Source: an uncultured delta proteobacterium
GTDB taxonomy: Bacteria; Myxococcota; B64-G9
Length of the DNA stretch: 64,000 nt
NCBI GenBank assembly: GCA_963754925.1
Contig: CAVWHX010000005.1
Location: forward strand, 96,001-160,000
Direction of reading: 5' to 3'
Numbering within the stretch: position 1 is the stretch's first letter; every line of letters starts with the position of its first letter. This document shows positions 57,947-64,000 of this stretch, piece after piece. The notes beneath the pieces are model-generated. The model had not been told where the DNA came from, did no database searches, and saw only the letters and a program-made list of their open reading frames with translations. The translations under genes and the position numbers were made by a program.

Positions 57947-58582
57947 TTACCATCCGGTTGCAGAGGGAAGAACATCGTTCGATTGCTGATTTGTTTCCCA
58001 CGTCGCAATGATAAGAGCGCTTCGGGTTGATTCAGAATGCTGCTCAAGCGAAGCTTTCACTTTAGTAACACTGCCAATCTTACCCATCGCCTGGACGAAC
58101 GCGGAAACCCCGATTAGATACGGTCGGCTTCGGACCATCACCAAGGGCAGATCGTGAAGCTCCAGCAGGAGGCGACCGGGGCCATTTTCAACGGCAGACA
58201 TCGTTCCGCAATTGTTGTGCACGATACTCCACGTAAGGGGCGCGTTCACGAGTGTGGTCGCCGTTCTGATCATGAATAGATTCATTCTGGCTCGAATAAA
58301 AGGCCCCACCAACGACGAGTTGATCGAGTATAGTGAAGCTCGAAGAGCCCACTTAAACAGTTCGTCCTCAGTCACCTCGGCCGCCACGCATTCACTGAGC
58401 CGGATACTGTATTCAAGCGGCAACCATTCATCATCCTTTGTCTCATGAATAACCTGCAACAATTCCTTTGAATACCGTTGCAGAATCCGACTGCCAACTG
58501 AATTGCCGAATAAATATAATGCCTTAAGCTTACTCAATACGTTGCGGCAACGTATCAGAGGTAGAGAATCTAACTCGTCCAT
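57947..58582 (-). CDS. Hypothetical protein (myxobacterial DUF2378/V4R-like pattern)
   Basis: 211-aa ORF with EWLP, W...HNNCG and terminal ATW patterns; lower GC than flanks by eye. Confidence 0.5.
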   Translation of the reverse strand: MDELDSLPLIRCRNVLSKLKALYLFGNSVGSRILQRYSKELLQVIHETKDDEWLPLEYSIRLSECVAAEVTEDELFKWALRASLYSINSSLVGPFIRARMNLFMIRTATTLVNAPLTWSIVHNNCGTMSAVENGPGRLLLELHDLPLVMVRSRPYLIGVSAFVQAMGKIGSVTKVKASLEQHSESTRSALIIATWETNQQSNDVLPSATGW

Positions 58583-58753
58583 ACGCGAACTCCGAGCTTC
58601 TTAATGTGATTAATAAATTATCTAAAAAAATGGTCCGGTGCAAATAAAATCTTCAGGAAAATTTCAATTAGTGGAATTAAATCGCGACGGCAATATGGTC
58701 ATGCCTTGATGACAAAGCTCTTAGGTCGACAAACGGTCCAGATTGTTTTCCAA

Positions 58754-59629
58754 TCATACAGCGCTGAATGTGCCGCAAATGCATGGTCTTTCGCTGTTCT
58801 CGCGATATAGATCAAATCTACTGGTATTATCAGTAGTTATACTTCTTAGAATCAATTTGCTCTCATAATACACCGGACCTTTAAGGGCAAAATCAAGCCG
58901 TAGCGGTTTTTCAGCACGTAGCTCGGGCAGACAATCGACGCATTTCGCCACGACTCTTATTGGTTGCGCGAAGTCCCGCTGAAATCCAAGCATGCGAGCA
59001 TACACTGATACGTAGTGAATTCCATTGGTGTCCCCAGAAATACGCGCAAAGCGAAATCTGTCTTTTGCGGGAAGAAACCACTCGTTAATTATCGGAGCAT
59101 GTGCCAGAGGTTCAAGTTTTGGAGGAAGGTAAGCCGGTTCGGATTGACCAAACATTCCTGGAAAAAAATAGGTCGTCAGATTCTCCCATACCGTATCATT
59201 TTCGACCGAGACCTCGGATACCACGTCAACCTCCAGCCCTTTCGGAATTATTCGGAGTGCTGCAGTGTGGCAATCCAAGTCCAATACCTCATCGACGCGT
59301 ATGCCTCGATGCATGGTAATACTGTTGCGGGTATTTAAAATCTTGAACATTGATAGCGGCATTTCTCTCCTGCATAACATCCGCATGATGTAGGGATACA
59401 TCACGGCGAAGGGGTAGAGAATAGGCAGGTGGGGCGAAGGACTGGTGCCGCATATGCCGTGGAATTTTTTAAGATGCTGCGTATTTATTTTGAAGCCCGA
59501 TCTGGTGACGCGGATAGCAGGCATTCCTTTTTCCTTCGCGTAGCTGTTTTTTCGGGATCGAAAGGCCTTCCACAACGTGTAGAGGGCTGACGGGGTATCG
59601 TTGAAATTCAGCACGATCGTGGTTTCCAT
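58754..59629 (-). CDS. MaoC-like double hotdog acyl dehydratase
   Basis: FARISGDTNGIH hydratase motif; LPILYP and LKGPV. Confidence 0.85.
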   Translation of the reverse strand: METTIVLNFNDTPSALYTLWKAFRSRKNSYAKEKGMPAIRVTRSGFKINTQHLKKFHGICGTSPSPHLPILYPFAVMYPYIMRMLCRREMPLSMFKILNTRNSITMHRGIRVDEVLDLDCHTAALRIIPKGLEVDVVSEVSVENDTVWENLTTYFFPGMFGQSEPAYLPPKLEPLAHAPIINEWFLPAKDRFRFARISGDTNGIHYVSVYARMLGFQRDFAQPIRVVAKCVDCLPELRAEKPLRLDFALKGPVYYESKLILRSITTDNTSRFDLYRENSERPCICGTFSAV

Positions 59630-59815
59630 GGGAGCCTCAATATATTAGAATAATAATCTAGAATAAAATTCTATAGAATAGCAACGAATTTTTTACAGCG
59701 CGGGCGGTTGATGAGGGGTTTCATCTGAAGATAACAGTGGAAATAGAATAAATATGGTATACAGTCAATAACCAGGATTTTTTCAGGATGCTCGGGACTC
59801 AAAAGCAAGAAACCA
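59624..59815. repeat. Copy 1 of a duplicated intergenic segment (copy 2 at about 61795-61950, plus the coaE 3' end)
   Basis: Shared catggg.gcctc, ttagaa.a.taatctagaataaa.ttcta and tcatct..agataacagtggaaatag. Confidence 0.85.
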
Positions 59816-61771
59816 TGAACCGGCGCCGTGACCTAGCCATCGCCGTATTAATTATAGCGACAACTCTCGTGGTCTATGGGCAGGTACGCCACTACGAATT
59901 TGTTAGATCTTGATGACCCGATAAACGTTTATCAAAATGCATACGTGACGAAGGGGCTGACTGGGCAGGGAGTTGTCTGGGCCTTCACCACCATGCAGGC
60001 TGGTCACTGGCATCCCCTGACCTGGTTGTCGCACATGATCGACCAGGAGCTCTTTGGCCTCGACGCCGGCTACCATCACCTGGTCAATGTTTTTTTGCAT
60101 ATCCTCAATAGCCTTTTACTGTACTTTTTGCTGCGGCGCATGACCGGCAATCTCTGGCCGAGTGCCATGGTGGCGGTCTTGTTCGCGCTCCATCCGCTGC
60201 ACGTCGAATCGGTGGCTTGGGTCACTGAACGCAAAGATGTCTTGAGCACATTATTCTTCATGCTGACGTTATTAGCGTATGCGTGGTATACCGATCGGAC
60301 CTGCGTGATCCGCTATGGCGTCGCTCTGGGGTTTCTGGCCTTGGGTTTGATGGCGAAGCCAATGCTGGTGACGACACCGTTTGTGTTGCTCTTGCTCGAT
60401 TACTGGCCCCTTCGGCGCTTTCAGCCGGCACCGAAGGCTGAGCCCCCGGGAACGGGAAGAAATGCTTCGCGCAACAACGAAAACGAACGAAGGTTAACCA
60501 TCGCTGGACTGCTGGTCGAGAAGGTTCCCTTTTTTGCTTTGGTGACTGCGTCGAGCGTGGTGGCATACATAGCCGCTCACCACGGAGATGTCCAAGAGTC
60601 GGCTCCGTTTGGGATTCGAATGGCCAATGCACTGGTCAGCTATGTAGCATACCTAGGAAAACTACTGTGGCCGACTGACTTGGCGGTGTTTTACCCATAT
60701 CGCGGCAGCATCTCAGTGGTTCAATGGTTGGGTGCGTTTATTATGTTAGCAGCTGCAAGCGGCGTTATCATCTGGGTGGGCAGAAGATTGCGGTATCTCA
60801 CCGTTGGATGGCTGTGGTTTATGGGGACTCTGGTGCCGGTGATCGGGCTGATTCAGGTGGGCGAGCAATCTATGGCGGATCGGTTCACCTACATCCCCGC
60901 GATCGGTATTTTTATCATGGTCGTGTGGGGTGTGGCGGAGCTTACGGCGGTTTGGCGACATGGGCGCGTCTTCAATGCCATCGTTGCCTGCGCCGTTAGC
61001 CTTGGTGGTATAGTGGGATCGTGGTTTCAAACCACGTATTGGCAAAACAACGTCACGCTCTTTCAGCACGCGCTCGACGTAACGGAAGACAACTACCTCG
61101 CCCATGTCAGCCTTGGAGAAGCATTAGAACTGCAGGGCCATACAAAAAAGGCGATCCTGCACTATGAAGAAGCGCTGAAAATTCGGCCGCATTATTTCTT
61201 GGCGCTCTATAATCTCGGTGAAGCGCTGGGCAGGCAGGGCAGGTTGGATGAGGCGGTAAGTTTCCTTCTCGAAGCGCTCAGCATTGATCCGAAAAATGCG
61301 GATGCGCACAGCACCCTGGGTTCCATACTGACAAGACAGGGCAATATGGAGGAAGCGATCGGACACCTTCATAAAGCTCTCACGATCAATCCTGAGCACG
61401 CGACGGCCTACAACAATCTGGGCGTTGCATGGTACCGGCAGGGAAAGTTCGGCCAAGCCATCGATCAATTTCGTAAAGCGCTCACGATCGAGCCTCGGTA
61501 CCAAGAGGCGGCCAACAACGTTGGTATTACGTTGATGAAACAAGGAAAAATGAACGAAGCGGCCGAACAGTTTCGCGAGGTGTTGAAACTCAATCCCGAC
61601 TACGCAGAAACACACCATAACCTAGCCATCGTGCTGGCCATGCAAGGTAAGATGAATGAGGCCATTGAACAGTTCCAAGAAGTTATCCGCATTAACCCGA
61701 ATTATCCCGGGGCGCAGGATAAGCTGAATTTCTTGTTGAATCAACGGGCTCAACAGCCAAGCAGTGAATAA
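59815..61771 (+). CDS. TMTC-like GT-C membrane glycosyltransferase with C-terminal TPRs, paralog 1, +1 frameshift near 59905
   Basis: LDDP, WHPLT, FALHPLHVESVAWVTERKD, MADRFTY and TPR tail. The true start MNRRRD matches paralog 2. Confidence 0.85.
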
Positions 61772-61969
61772 TCTCATTGGAGAAGGACTGGTGCCCCCAT
61801 GGGCGCCTCGCTAAATTAGAACATTAATCTAGAATAAAGTTCTAATAAAAAGCAATGATTTTTCGACGACGCAGGTAGAACGTAAAGGTCTTCATCTATA
61901 GATAACAGTGGAAATAGGGTGCCTATGGTATATGATTGGCAACCAGACAGTTCTTTCGGGTGAAGATAG

Positions 61970-62593
61970 ATGTTGATCTACGGCATTACCGGCGGCATTG
62001 GCTCAGGCAAGAGCACCGTCGCAGCCCTGCTCGAACATCAGGGTTTTTTGGTGTTCAACGCTGACGCTATTGGCCGAGAGCTGCTCGGAGAGAAGAGCGC
62101 ACTTACCGCGGAAGTGCTTCGCCGTTTCCCCACCGTTGCTCTCGCAGACGGCACCGTTGATCGAAGCCTTCTTGGAGACTTGGTGTTCGCGGATGCGCAG
62201 GCCCGGCAATCACTCGAGGGCCTGATGCACCCAGCTATTTGGCGGGAGTTAGTCGCTCGAATCGAAGCGCTGGAGTCACGGCCGCCGGTGTGCTTTTTGG
62301 AGGCGGCGTTATTGGCCGATTGCGAGGTTCCCGTGCGGTTAACCGGTTTGGTCCTCGTGACGGCTCCTCTGTCGGTCCGCATCCGCCGCGTGCGCAAGCG
62401 CGATGGCATCAACCGAGAACAGGTGCTGGCGCGGGTGCGAGCTCAGTCGAGCGATGAACATAAAATGTTGCAAGCCACCTATGTCATCGATAACGGGGGA
62501 AGTGCGGCTGAGACCAAACACCAGCTAAAAGAAATCATACGTTTGATTGCGCTGGAAGTAGGATGGCAGGGATTCAAAAGCCAGAAACCATGA
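61970..62593 (+). CDS. coaE: Dephospho-CoA kinase
   Basis: GITGGIGSGKS, NADAI, DRSLLG..VF, HP and IDNGG. Confidence 0.95.
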   Translation: MLIYGITGGIGSGKSTVAALLEHQGFLVFNADAIGRELLGEKSALTAEVLRRFPTVALADGTVDRSLLGDLVFADAQARQSLEGLMHPAIWRELVARIEALESRPPVCFLEAALLADCEVPVRLTGLVLVTAPLSVRIRRVRKRDGINREQVLARVRAQSSDEHKMLQATYVIDNGGSAAETKHQLKEIIRLIALEVGWQGFKSQKP

Positions 62594-64000
62594 ACCGGTG
62601 CCGTGACCTGGTCGTAGGCGTATTCATCATAGCGGCGACCCTGGTCGTCTATGGACAGGTACGAAACTTTGAGTTTATCAATCTCAATGACCCGGTGTAT
62701 GTCTTTAAGAACCCACACGTGATGAAGGGATTGACCGGGCAGAGTATTGCCTGGGCCTTCACCACCATGCAGGCTGGCCATTGGCACCCCTTGACCTGGC
62801 TGTCGCAAATGGCCGATCAGGAACTGTTTGGCCTCGACGCAGGCTACCATCATTTGGTCAATGTTTTTCTGCATATTGTCAATAGCGTGCTGCTGTATCT
62901 TCTGTTGCGGCGTATGACCGGCGGTGCCTGGAGAAGCGCTGTTGTGGCGGTCTTGTTCGCGCTCCATCCGCTGCACGTGGAATCGGTGGCTTGGGTCACT
63001 GAACGCAAAGATGTTCTCAGCGCGCTGTTCTTTATACTGACGCTGTTGGCGTATGCGTGGTATGCCGACCGGCCCGGTTTGGTCAGATATGTCGCTGTGT
63101 TCGGATTTCTTGCCATGGGTTTGATGGCGAAGCCAATGCTGGTGACGACGCCGTTTGTGTTGCTCTTGCTCGATTACTGGCCTCTGGGGCGCATAGAACC
63201 TATCAGAAAAGCGCCGCCAGCGAGAAGGGGACGCGATATTTCGGCCGCTGGAGAGAACTACCGGCGGTTGACTTACGCTTGCTTGCTCGTCGAAAAGCTT
63301 CCCCTGGTTATGTTGGCGGTCGCGTCGTGCGTGCTGGCCTACATAGCCGCTCGCCACGGCTATGTCGACAAGTCGGCGCCGTTTGGAATTCGAGTCGCCA
63401 ATGCGCTCGTCAGCTATGTTGCATACCTGGGAAAACTGCTGTGGCCGAGTGAGTTGGCGGTCTTTTACCCCTATCGCGGCAGCATATCAACGGTTCAGTG
63501 GCTCGGTGCGCTGTTGGTGTTGGCGGGCGCAAGTGGCGTGTTCATGTGGGCGGGTAGAAGGTTGCGGTACCTTACGGTTGGGTGGTTGTGGTTCCTCGGA
63601 ACCCTGGTTCCGGTAATCGGGCTGGTCCAGGCGGGCGAACAGTCTATGGCGGATCGGTTCACCTACATCCCCTCGATCGGTATTTTTATCATGGTCGCGT
63701 GGGGTGTCGCGGAGCTTGCCGCTACCTGGCGCCATGGTCGCGTCCAAAGCATAATCACCGCCTCCGCCGTGGGTCTTGGGTGTATGACGGGAGCGTGGTA
63801 TCAAACCACGTATTGGCAGAACAGTGTCACGCTCTTTCAACACGCGCTCGACGTCACCAAGAACAACTACGTCGCTCATATCAACTTGGGGGAAGCTCTA
63901 GAACTGCAGGGTCACGCCGAGAAGGCGGTGCTGCACTACGAAGAAGCACTGAAAATTCAACCCCGTCATCCCATTGCGCTCTATGATCTCGGGGCTGCGC
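62590..64000 (+). CDS. TMTC-like GT-C/TPR protein, paralog 2, truncated by the window edge
   Basis: Not in the ORF track; ATG 62590 overlaps the coaE stop. Collinear and highly similar to 59815-61771. Confidence 0.88.
   Translation, partial: MNRCRDLVVGVFIIAATLVVYGQVRNFEFINLNDPVYVFKNPHVMKGLTGQSIAWAFTTMQAGHWHPLTWLSQMADQELFGLDAGYHHLVNVFLHIVNSVLLYLLLRRMTGGAWRSAVVAVLFALHPLHVESVAWVTERKDVLSALFFILTLLAYAWYADRPGLVRYVAVFGFLAMGLMAKPMLVTTPFVLLLLDYWPLGRIEPIRKAPPARRGRDISAAGENYRRLTYACLLVEKLPLVMLAVASCVLAYIAARHGYVDKSAPFGIRVANALVSYVAYLGKLLWPSELAVFYPYRGSISTVQWLGALLVLAGASGVFMWAGRRLRYLTVGWLWFLGTLVPVIGLVQAGEQSMADRFTYIPSIGIFIMVAWGVAELAATWRHGRVQSIITASAVGLGCMTGAWYQTTYWQNSVTLFQHALDVTKNNYVAHINLGEALELQGHAEKAVLHYEEALKIQPRHPIALYDLGAA

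Overview
Bacterial chromosomal window, probably Myxococcota or another deltaproteobacterium. Support for that is a Myxococcus-type LexA box, a TIGR02266-like PilZ protein, a giant TPR protein and a maf-divIVA-yggU block. About 15 genes carry single frameshifts, most likely assembly errors. The main finding is a tightly coupled minus-strand operon at <1-10355 that looks like an uncharacterised isoprenoid/ether-type lipid pathway. It encodes a PilZ + HMG-CoA reductase + APH/choline-kinase-like triple fusion, a GNAT-like protein, a UbiA-family membrane protein, a rifampin-phosphotransferase-architecture dikinase, a PssA-like + CarS-like fusion and an OleC-like adenylating enzyme. The rest of the window holds an IS481-like element with a long target duplication and structured leader, and a c-di-GMP/two-component/sigma54 signalling block. 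It also holds lexA, a pncB + nadD-nadK salvage operon, a VKOR/DsbA-OmpA-TlpA cluster divergent from a GldAFG-like ABC system, rpmB, purM, coaE and a tandem duplication of a TMTC-like GT-C/TPR gene. All family calls come from motif reading; no database searches were run.
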